The notes below the pieces were generated by a model that ran no database searches, had not been told where the DNA came from, and was given only the letters and a program-made list of their open reading frames with translations. A DNA stretch of 64,000 nucleotides from Candidatus Gastranaerophilales bacterium (lineage in GTDB: Bacteria; Cyanobacteriota; Vampirovibrionia; Gastranaerophilales; Gastranaerophilaceae), in NCBI GenBank assembly GCA_944324235.1, contig CALUVN010000001.1:331-64330 (forward strand), in the 5' to 3' direction. Below, one piece after another: positions 10,487 to 17,783 of the stretch (its first letter is position 1; every line of letters starts with the position of its first letter). A program made the translations under genes and the position numbers.

Positions 10487-11287
10487 ATGATTAAGATGAT
10501 TGCAACCGATATCGACGGGACAATTTTAAAATATAACTATGAGTTTAACCAGCCCGTAATCGATTGCATCAAAAATCTTTCGGCCTGTAATATTCCTGTC
10601 GTTCTTGTGACCGGCAGAATGCATGGTGCTGCAAAAATAGTCGCAGACCGTCTTGATTTAAAAACCCCTATAATATCATATCAGGGCGGACTTATTAAAG
10701 ACGGTGAAAAAATTATCTACGAAAGAACTATTGACCCGAAAACCGCCAGAAAAATTATCAACTGGGGTAAAGCCAATAATATTCATTTGAATGTTTATAA
10801 CAACGATAAAATCTACGTAGAACATGACGATGATGCAATTAAGCGTTATATTCTCCAGAGCGGATTGCCTTACACCGTCGGGAATTTTGATAATCTTGAA
10901 CTGGATAATGTAAACAAAATTCTGGGTATAGATTACGACGACTCTGACAGAGTCTCAGCGTGGGTTGAATACTTACAGGCAGATTATCCTGAATTGTATA
11001 TTGTCAAATCTACCCCGTATTTTTGCGAGATATCCCATAAAGAAGCTACAAAGGCCTGCGCGCTTGAATATTTAAGAAACTTGTGGGGTATCAAAAAAGA
11101 AGAAGTTATGACAATCGGCGATCAGAACAACGATATAGTTTTGTTAAAAGCAGGCGGGCTTGCGGTTGCGATGGGCAATGCTACGGATGAACTTAAAGCA
11201 TGCGCGGACTACGTCACTGATTCTATAGAAAATGACGGGTTTGTAAAAGCCGTTGAAAAGTTTGTCCTTGTTAAAGCTGCTGATTAG
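10487..11287 (+). CDS. Cof-type HAD-IIB phosphatase
   Basis: Motif I ATDIDGTIL and motif IV GDQNNDIVLLKAGGLAVAMGNA. Confidence 0.85.
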   Translation: MIKMIATDIDGTILKYNYEFNQPVIDCIKNLSACNIPVVLVTGRMHGAAKIVADRLDLKTPIISYQGGLIKDGEKIIYERTIDPKTARKIINWGKANNIHLNVYNNDKIYVEHDDDAIKRYILQSGLPYTVGNFDNLELDNVNKILGIDYDDSDRVSAWVEYLQADYPELYIVKSTPYFCEISHKEATKACALEYLRNLWGIKKEEVMTIGDQNNDIVLLKAGGLAVAMGNATDELKACADYVTDSIENDGFVKAVEKFVLVKAAD

Positions 11288-11306
11288 TCAACATTATTTT
11301 AAGTTT

Positions 11307-11345
11307 ATATTTCCCTCTCCAAATCGGAAGAGGGAAATATTTTAC
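11307..11345. terminator. Bidirectional intrinsic terminator between convergent genes
   Basis: Perfect 12-bp stem atatttccctct / agagggaaatat (11307-11318 and 11329-11340) with a 10-nt loop. It is flanked by T-rich sequence on both strands. Confidence 0.7.
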
Positions 11346-11409
11346 TTATATGCTGCGTATAATTGCGGGTTTTCTACGAACAACGCCGGATTGTAAGATA
11401 TTAATTTGC

Positions 11410-12708
11410 CTAAAATTCAAACGTATCGTTTTCATTCATTTCTTCATATTCTTCAGGGGTGACGGTGTCAGGTGCTTGAGCTTCCGTTTCAAGACCGCGG
11501 CGCAGGAGGTCAGGCTGCTTTTTGATTAACTTTTTGTCTGCGGAAACTATATCCCTGTAGAGTGATGTTGTGATTAATTGAATTGTTTTTTCAGTCGGCG
11601 CTCCTTCTTCGCCTACTTTTTCCTGAACTTTATAGCTTGCCCAGTCGTCAGGAAGTTCGGATATTTTTGTATAATCCAGATTTTCTCCGAGGCGCTTGTC
11701 TATTTCGTTTTCAAGAATGTTTGTGACGTATTCCTTTTGTGATTCAAAGTGGCACGGTTCATAGATTGTTGTGCCGATAACCTCTTCAGGGTCGCGTTTT
11801 TCGTATTTTTTGAAAAGGTCTGCCGCAACTTGAAGGTGGCCGAGTTCAAATGCAAGAAACTCTTCCCATACCTGTTTCAGTTTCAAATCGGATTCGTCTT
11901 TATAGCAGTTATAGTAATTGCAGACTTCCGTAAATTCGTGAACAAGTAATTTTTCAAACTTGGATTCTGTCGGGTCTATCAAAGATTCATACATTGTAAC
12001 GTGTTCTTCTTCGACATCACAGATTTCGGCATAAGTTCTTCTCAAATCGTCGTTGCCGTACATAAATCCGTGTTCCGCATAATAATTGTGGGTTTGCTGT
12101 TCACCTGATACAAGCGTAAGGATATTAACTTTTGTCTGCGGAGAAGCTGTTTCTTTATTATATGCCTTTCTCAATCTTATTTTGTTGTCATTGTGGTGAT
12201 TCTGGGTCGGGCGGCCTATTACAACATCTGTCATTCCCTGCAAAATATCATTAGGGTTTTGGCCTTCAATCATATATTGCCACTGGCTGTACCTGTATAG
12301 GTGGTCAAAATCCTCAAGCAGCCCGAAGTTAAAAGTTTCTCTTACATAATCATCGGGTTCGTTTTGCGCAAGCCATGCGGTGAGGTCAACAGCAACCTGT
12401 TCGTAGCCGAGAGTTGTATTCAAAACGGATTGGTCTGCCGGCCCGAACCAGTTTACCGTGGTCTGCTGCATGTCTTCTAAGCGTCTGATACAGGCAAGTG
12501 TTTTTCTCAAATCCAAATCGTCGCATAATCTCGCCATACAGTGTTTGTAGCCCCATGCTTCCGTTTCTATGCCGTTCATAAGAATTTGTCTTGTTCTTGT
12601 GTAGCAGTCTACTTCTGTTTTGTTAAACGGACGCTTTACGATATCGTGCCATGTTCTGATTTGTTTTTCTATGGAAATTCCTTTTTCTTTAAGCGGATTG
12701 AAAGTCAT
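11410..12708 (-). CDS. Hypothetical protein, possible ferritin-like di-iron fold
   Basis: 432 aa. Several E..H-type ligand candidates (GIETEAW, GEQQTHNYY, DVEEEHVTMYE, FELGHLQ). No firm family assignment. Confidence 0.35.
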   Translation of the reverse strand: MTFNPLKEKGISIEKQIRTWHDIVKRPFNKTEVDCYTRTRQILMNGIETEAWGYKHCMARLCDDLDLRKTLACIRRLEDMQQTTVNWFGPADQSVLNTTLGYEQVAVDLTAWLAQNEPDDYVRETFNFGLLEDFDHLYRYSQWQYMIEGQNPNDILQGMTDVVIGRPTQNHHNDNKIRLRKAYNKETASPQTKVNILTLVSGEQQTHNYYAEHGFMYGNDDLRRTYAEICDVEEEHVTMYESLIDPTESKFEKLLVHEFTEVCNYYNCYKDESDLKLKQVWEEFLAFELGHLQVAADLFKKYEKRDPEEVIGTTIYEPCHFESQKEYVTNILENEIDKRLGENLDYTKISELPDDWASYKVQEKVGEEGAPTEKTIQLITTSLYRDIVSADKKLIKKQPDLLRRGLETEAQAPDTVTPEEYEEMNENDTFEF

Positions 12709-12847
12709 TTTTTTCTCCTTTTCTTATTTTGACCGTGCGGTTTGAAAACCGTAATTCACAATACTCTTATAATATGCAGGAGAAAAACTTACATTGCCCG
12801 AAGAGATAATTGTAATTCCAAACCGGTTATAGTAGTATGGTTTTGTT

Positions 12848-13195
12848 ATGATGAAGAAATTAATTAAATTAATGTCAGTTATGATACTTACTTGCGGTAT
12901 CGCAATTGCACAGGAAATTACAACAGTAAGAGCAAGTCATATTCTTGTAAAAGACAGAAACGAAGCCGTTCAGATTAAGAAAGACATTGATAACGGCGGA
13001 AGTTTTGAAGAATACGCCCAAAAATATTCACTCTGTCCTTCAGGTCAAAGAGTAGGCGATTTGGGGTATTTCAGACGCGGACAAATGGTAAAACCGTTTG
13101 AAGACGAAGCTTTTGAACTTCCTGTAGGCGAAGTGTCAGACCCTGTGCCGACTGAATTCGGCTGGCATCTGATAAAAGTTACCGATAAGAAGTAG
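12848..13195 (+). CDS. Parvulin-type peptidyl-prolyl cis-trans isomerase (PpiC domain), secreted
   Basis: Signal peptide MMKKLIKLMSVMILTCGIAIA. Motifs ASHILV, GGSFEEYAQKYSLCPSGQRVGDLGYF and TEFGWHLIKV. Confidence 0.85.
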   Translation: MMKKLIKLMSVMILTCGIAIAQEITTVRASHILVKDRNEAVQIKKDIDNGGSFEEYAQKYSLCPSGQRVGDLGYFRRGQMVKPFEDEAFELPVGEVSDPVPTEFGWHLIKVTDKK

Positions 13196-13198
13196 ACT

Positions 13199-13690
13199 AT
13201 GAATTTTATAAAAGTTGAAAAAGAAGAGATTCCCGTGCTTGCAGCTCTTGCGTCAGATATCTGGCATGAATACTGGGGCATAATCCTTTCTGATGAACAG
13301 ATTGAATATATGGTCGAAAATTTTCAATCCGAAAAAGCTATGAAAAAACAGATTTCGGAGGAGAATTATTCGTACTGTTTTATTAACGATAACGGGGAAA
13401 ATATAGGCTATTTCGGCATTTCACCGAAAGACGGGTATATGTTTCTGTCCAAATTATATATAAAAAAAGAATTCCGCGGGCAGGGAACAGGGCGCAAAGC
13501 TTTTGAAGAAATTAAACGCCTGAGCGCAGAGCAGGGTTTTAATAAAATAAGGCTTACCGTAAACAAATACAACTCAAATACCATAAAAGCCTATGACCGT
13601 TGGGGGTTCAAAACTATAGATGCGGTTGTAACCGACATTGGTCAAGGCTTTGTAATGGACGATTATATTATGGAGTATTCGCTTTCTTAA
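13199..13690 (+). CDS. GNAT family N-acetyltransferase
   Basis: Acetyl-CoA motif A FRGQGTGRKAFEEI and a C-terminal AYDRWGF. Confidence 0.8.
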   Translation: MNFIKVEKEEIPVLAALASDIWHEYWGIILSDEQIEYMVENFQSEKAMKKQISEENYSYCFINDNGENIGYFGISPKDGYMFLSKLYIKKEFRGQGTGRKAFEEIKRLSAEQGFNKIRLTVNKYNSNTIKAYDRWGFKTIDAVVTDIGQGFVMDDYIMEYSLS

Positions 13691-15290
13691 AAGCTTCGAA
13701 TGCTACGGGAAGATTTTCCCGAATGTCCGGACGGATTGCCTGCGGCGGGGTTTCTAAAGGTTTTTGGTGGTTCTTTTTATATTCGGCAACCGCAATATTG
13801 AATAACGGCACCATAAACCCGAGTGCTACGGTTGAATAAGCAAGGCCTGCCATGTGTGCGACATTAAGTTTCCACATGTTTTTAAACGCAAAATCTTTAC
13901 CTTTTGCGGCAATTTCCGTATGAGATTTGAGGGTTATGTCGTTTAGCCAGTGTTTAATGCCTTTGCCTTCTTTATTTATATTGAACAGAAATTCGCGTTT
14001 TTTATCCAGAAGATTTGCCGTGCCTTTTGCTGCGAAGCCGCCGAGTACAAGCCAGTTAAGAAATCCGAAATAATCTCTTGTTACGGATTCTCTCAATTCG
14101 TTATCATTGTCTGCAGCCATGAATCTGCCTACGATTGTCGAAGTGTAGACGGTTTTTATTGCGTTTCCGCTTGATATAGGGCCGGTGAATTCCAGTTTTC
14201 TGATAAAATCTTTCGGATTTTTAATTCTCATAACCCCGATTGCCATAGCAATCATACCTGCGCTTGCTGCGAGTTTACGGAAGATAAATCCTCCGGTTTT
14301 CTTTTCTTCCTGAGTTTTTCCTGCGACAGCGTTTTCGTAGTCGACTTCTCCGACAAATTTTGTTGAGCCTGTGCGTTTTTTGGTTATCTGACGGTTAATA
14401 TACTGGTTAGTTAATCCCAGAACCGATGCCAGACTCAGCGCGCCCAAGATTTTTACTTTATTTACGGTTTTGATTTTATTCAGGGCAGATTCAATATTTA
14501 AGTTTTTATTTGTCAGAACATCTTTTCCCATATCGTATGTATCGCGGATTATATTGGAAAGAGTTGCGTTCATCTTATATTTGCCTGAAGTGACATCCAC
14601 GCTGCGGTTTACGCCCAGTGCATTTGTTACTCTGGCTTCTATCAGGCGGAAAAGGTTCTTTTTATCTTTAGAAGAGATATTATCGTTTTTGATAATTTCT
14701 GTCATCGTATCAACGATACCGTCGGAAGTTTTTAGTTTTTCGCTGATATTTTTGTAAGCCGGATTTTCCCATTTTATGTTATCCCAGCTTTTTTCGTCAA
14801 TCCAGTCGATATTTTTCCAGTTAATTTCGTTCCAGCGAGCGATTTTGCTGCCGTCGTGCCCGCTCATTCCGTTCATAACGTTGTTTACATATCCGCGTAA
14901 ACCGTCGCGGCTTTCGTCCCACGAATTTTTCAGCACCATAAGCGAATCATTGGAAAACCAGCTTTTGTTATTAATTTTTATTTCAGGATTTATATATTTA
15001 TTGGCAAGTATTCCGATAGGAATTGCCAGAAGTCCTGCAGACAGACAGTTGATAAATGTTCCGCAGATTTCGCGGAAGAAGGTTTCTGAACCTGCGTATT
15101 TGTTTCTTTTTTTTGTATCAATATAAGTTCTCGGGGCTACCATTGCGCCGACATCAAGAAGTACGGCGTTTGCCATTTCGTTTGTGTCGAGTGTGCGGAA
15201 TGTATTTGTAATAACTCCGTCCAGAGGTCCTTTAAATGTAGGTTTGTACTGTTGCTGCCGTTTTCCGTAATTTTTGACTGTTAAATCCAT
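13668..15290 (-). CDS. Orphan multi-pass membrane protein (540 aa), paralog of 15802..17139
   Basis: N-terminus is ...QQYKPTFKGPLD. It has about 5 hydrophobic segments and a large Asn/Lys/Trp-rich loop. GRFMAADNDNELRESVTRDYFGF aligns with GYFGAAKDRGKLEVQEVATRVPVI of the divergent neighbour. RBS GGAG lies upstream of ATG 15290. Confidence 0.6.
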   Translation of the reverse strand: MDLTVKNYGKRQQQYKPTFKGPLDGVITNTFRTLDTNEMANAVLLDVGAMVAPRTYIDTKKRNKYAGSETFFREICGTFINCLSAGLLAIPIGILANKYINPEIKINNKSWFSNDSLMVLKNSWDESRDGLRGYVNNVMNGMSGHDGSKIARWNEINWKNIDWIDEKSWDNIKWENPAYKNISEKLKTSDGIVDTMTEIIKNDNISSKDKKNLFRLIEARVTNALGVNRSVDVTSGKYKMNATLSNIIRDTYDMGKDVLTNKNLNIESALNKIKTVNKVKILGALSLASVLGLTNQYINRQITKKRTGSTKFVGEVDYENAVAGKTQEEKKTGGFIFRKLAASAGMIAMAIGVMRIKNPKDFIRKLEFTGPISSGNAIKTVYTSTIVGRFMAADNDNELRESVTRDYFGFLNWLVLGGFAAKGTANLLDKKREFLFNINKEGKGIKHWLNDITLKSHTEIAAKGKDFAFKNMWKLNVAHMAGLAYSTVALGFMVPLFNIAVAEYKKNHQKPLETPPQAIRPDIRENLPVAFEAFKKANTP

Positions 15291-15310
15291 GTTCTTCTGA
15301 TTTCTCCATT

Positions 15311-15339
15311 AAAAAAGTCCCGCCATGCCGGCGGGACTT
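15311..15339 (-). terminator. Leader (attenuator) terminator 20 nt upstream of the 540-aa gene start
   Basis: Minus-strand RNA reads AAGUCCCGCC-loop-GGCGGGACUU (10 bp, GC-rich) followed by a U6 run, then AAUGGAGAAAUCAGAAGAAC-AUG. Confidence 0.6.
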
Positions 15340-15379
15340 AAATTATCTTATAAACTTTTGCTGCATCAAACTTTTCTCA

Positions 15380-15472
15380 TCACACGCAAAGCTTTAAAAT
15401 AAGTCCCGTCGGAAACTTATTCGAAGAGGAGGAGGATGAGGATGAAGTTGTTAATGCGTATAATTTTTTCAT
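15380..15472 (-). CDS. Candidate leader peptide, 30 aa, with eight consecutive Ser codons
   Basis: My translation is MKKLYALTTSSSSSSSSNKFPTGLILKLCV*. SD AAAGGGA lies 6 nt upstream. Ser codons TCA TCC TCA TCC TCC TCC TCT TCG occupy 15445-15422. The ORF is below the track's length cut-off. Confidence 0.5.
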   Translation of the reverse strand: MKKLYALTTSSSSSSSSNKFPTGLILKLCV

Positions 15473-15496
15473 TAATTTCCCTTTTCTATGTTTTAT

Positions 15497-15526
15497 ATAA
15501 TACTCCAACAAAAATTTTTTTGTCAA
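15497..15526 (-). promoter_or_regulatory. Sigma70-like promoter for the Ser leader
   Basis: On the minus strand: TTGACA (15526-15521), 18-nt spacer, TATTAT (15502-15497). The predicted TSS near 15490 includes the leader SD. Confidence 0.45.
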
Positions 15527-15554
15527 TAGGTGTAGTGTATACAATTTCTATATA

Positions 15555-15581
15555 TTGACACGGGAATTTCTTTTTTATAAT
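15555..15581 (+). promoter_or_regulatory. Sigma70-like promoter for the Met leader
   Basis: TTGACA (15555-15560) and TATAAT (15576-15581). The spacer is only 15 nt, shorter than optimal. It sits back-to-back with the minus-strand promoter. Confidence 0.4.
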
Positions 15582-15635
15582 CTCTAATTAAGAAAAAAGG
15601 GAAAAAATATTTTGAATATACGTTCTTTTGAAAAA

Positions 15636-15704
15636 ATGACAGATATGATGATGGCTATGCAAATGATGATGATGTGCAAGTCAGCTTCAGTCTGCCGAAT
15701 GTGA
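15636..15704 (+). CDS. Candidate leader peptide, 22 aa, 10 Met
   Basis: My translation is MTDMMMAMQMMMMCKSASVCRM*. The SD is weak (GAAAAA). Codons 15-20 form one arm of a 15-bp helix with the terminator 5' arm. Confidence 0.4.
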   Translation: MTDMMMAMQMMMMCKSASVCRM

Positions 15705-15739
15705 TGAACATTTTTCAAAATTAACAGATTGGAGCTGAC
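15680..15739 (+). promoter_or_regulatory. Candidate antiterminator helix
   Basis: 15680-15694 gtcagcttcagtctg pairs with 15725-15739 cagattggagctgac over 15 contiguous bp (13 Watson-Crick plus 2 G-U). It competes with the 7-bp terminator stem for 15733-15739. Confidence 0.45.
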
Positions 15740-15766
15740 GGTAATTAAACGGGTCAGCTTTTTTTA
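15733..15766 (+). terminator. Leader terminator upstream of the 445-aa membrane protein gene
   Basis: agctgac (15733-15739) and gtcagct (15753-15759) form the stem, followed by T7. The heptamer gtcagct is duplicated at 15680-15686. Confidence 0.5.
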
Positions 15767-15801
15767 TGCGTGTATTACAGAATTATAAGGAAGATATTAA
15801 A

Positions 15802-17139
15802 ATGACATTTGATTATAACGTAACATTTACTGCTAAAACCCCTCACGGTGTAAATAAAATTTCAAAAGAGCTGCTGGATAATTTAACCCCTAAAAAGAGA
15901 TTTCTGGCAAAAGTTATAGATATGAAAGAAGGCGATTCCGGACTTTCACATTCGCGATTTGCTCAGGCAACGGCGACAAACTGGCTGCCTAAGGCTGTTT
16001 TTGCAAGAAGTCTGGCAGATTTGTCCGAGATAAGTTTTCTTGAAGTGTTTGAATCGGCCCTGTTTTTCTATCTGCCGTCACTGATGGGTGAATATCTTTC
16101 CAGAAGAAAAATATTTTCAAAATTTCTTCCGAAAGACCTCAGGAAAGATGTATCAAAATCCGTAGCGGAGCTTGCAAATAATCCTGCGGCAGGAAAGCTT
16201 TTGCCGGTCAAAGCAGGTATCGTGTTAAGTTGTGCGGCAATTCCTGCGGCAGAGTACGGTTTGAGTTTTGCTAAGAATTTGTTTACCCAGAAACTTTTCA
16301 ACAAAGCGGATTTCAGCAATGTTGTAAATCTTGATAAAGAGAAAAAAGAAGACCCTAAGGTGCATGAAAGAGTGGAAAAAAGTGCTGTTTCACATCTTAA
16401 AAAGGCAGGAATTGTTTCAGCCGCCGCGTTTGGTGCAAGTATAGCGCTTGCGGCAGCCGGACGTAAAAGCAGGGCGGTGCAAAAAGCCAGCGAAATTTTC
16501 CTGAATCCGGGGGCAAAAATTTACAACCTGCTTGAAAAAACAGGAGTAAAATCCAATGGGCTTAAAAATTTCTTAGACACTTATGTCAACCTTGATTTTG
16601 CGAGAAAATCGGACGGTTCTCTTGCGCTTGGCAACGGACAGCTTGCCGTAACAGTGTTATCGGGCGTCGCAGGTTATTTTGGCGCTGCAAAAGACAGAGG
16701 TAAACTTGAAGTACAAGAAGTTGCAACAAGAGTACCGGTGATTGCACTATATACAATTTTCGGGAGTACACTGTTTGACGCAGGGTTTAAAAAATTGCTC
16801 CAAAAGAACGGCAAGTACCCTGAAATTCTTTCAAAAGACTTGAATGTCGCATCACTTAACGATATCCCGAAAATTGCCAAACAAATTGCAGGCGATGACA
16901 AAAATCTTTATAAACAAAAAATTGGTGAATTATTTAAAGGCAAAGCAGTAATTGCAATGGTTCCGTTTTTGTTCAGTCTGCTGGTTGTAGGCGGGCTGCT
17001 TGCGTTGATTTCACGCCTTTGGACACAGTACAGATATAACCGCAGTATAGCAGATAAACCGCCGGTACAGCCTGCTTTCAATAACAGTTTCGGAACAGGC
17101 AGCAATATATTAATCAATCAAATCCACAAGGCCGGTTGA
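15802..17139 (+). CDS. Orphan multi-pass membrane protein (445 aa), paralog of 13668..15290
   Basis: Start moved to ATG 15802 (MTFDYNVTFTAKTP), preceded by AAGGAAG. The track start at 15766 lies inside the terminator T-run. About 6 hydrophobic segments. The C-terminal TM followed by TQYRYNRS resembles AEYKKNHQ of the paralog. Confidence 0.6.
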   Translation: MTFDYNVTFTAKTPHGVNKISKELLDNLTPKKRFLAKVIDMKEGDSGLSHSRFAQATATNWLPKAVFARSLADLSEISFLEVFESALFFYLPSLMGEYLSRRKIFSKFLPKDLRKDVSKSVAELANNPAAGKLLPVKAGIVLSCAAIPAAEYGLSFAKNLFTQKLFNKADFSNVVNLDKEKKEDPKVHERVEKSAVSHLKKAGIVSAAAFGASIALAAAGRKSRAVQKASEIFLNPGAKIYNLLEKTGVKSNGLKNFLDTYVNLDFARKSDGSLALGNGQLAVTVLSGVAGYFGAAKDRGKLEVQEVATRVPVIALYTIFGSTLFDAGFKKLLQKNGKYPEILSKDLNVASLNDIPKIAKQIAGDDKNLYKQKIGELFKGKAVIAMVPFLFSLLVVGGLLALISRLWTQYRYNRSIADKPPVQPAFNNSFGTGSNILINQIHKAG

Positions 17140-17715
17140 GTGGTCAAGGTGGCATTTGGCAATGTATAATTTGTCATTGTCAACGGCGTTTTTAATTATA
17201 CGGGATTTTTCAAGCAGAACTTCCTCAACCCAGATGGTGTGCTGCTGCGCAAAGTAATTATGGCAGGTGATGTCTTCTTTTTTATCCAGTACAGGATAAA
17301 CACAATTTATTATGGATTTGAAGTCTTCCGTCTGCTCAGGATAATGGTCTTTTGCGTATTTCATAACCCCGCAGTCATCATGGCCGAGAAGTACAAGCAG
17401 CGGAACTTCAAGTTTTTTGACGGCATATTCAATGCTTTCGATAACGTTAGGGCCTGCGGTTATTCCTGCTACCCTCACGACAAATAGTTCCCCTATTCCG
17501 CAGTCAAAAATTATCTCAGGCACAACCCGCGAATCCGAACAACTTAAAACAACGGCACGCGGCTCTTGATGAAATGCAAATTTTTTCAAAGTCTCAAGGC
17601 ACATATTTTTTGCTGTAGGTGTGCCGTTTACAAAATTTTTGTTCCCGTTGAGCAGGCGCTCAAGCTCTCTTTTTGCGTTTTCGTTCATAGAGTTATTATA
17701 TAATATTTTTTTCAA
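17110..17715 (-). CDS. Beta-class carbonic anhydrase
   Basis: Zn ligands in LSCSDSRV and GHDDCG. FVVRVAGI is also present. Confidence 0.85.
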   Translation of the reverse strand: MKKILYNNSMNENAKRELERLLNGNKNFVNGTPTAKNMCLETLKKFAFHQEPRAVVLSCSDSRVVPEIIFDCGIGELFVVRVAGITAGPNVIESIEYAVKKLEVPLLVLLGHDDCGVMKYAKDHYPEQTEDFKSIINCVYPVLDKKEDITCHNYFAQQHTIWVEEVLLEKSRIIKNAVDNDKLYIAKCHLDHSTGLVDLID

Positions 17716-17783
17716 AAACTCAAATACTCGTATGATTGCTTTTTGACAGGAATTTAATATTATATTTTTAAAAGGGGAATTTT

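Noticed and set aside
15436-15558. A plus-strand 40-codon hydrophobic sORF (MRMKLLMRIIFSLISLFYVLYNTPTKIFLSIGVVYTISIY) is preceded by GAGGAGGAGG.
   Set aside because: The apparent strong SD is just the reverse complement of the minus-strand Ser-codon run. The sORF lies upstream of the plus-strand promoter, and its stop sits inside the -35 box. The minus-strand leader reading explains the same DNA together with the complementary segments. It is not fully excluded.
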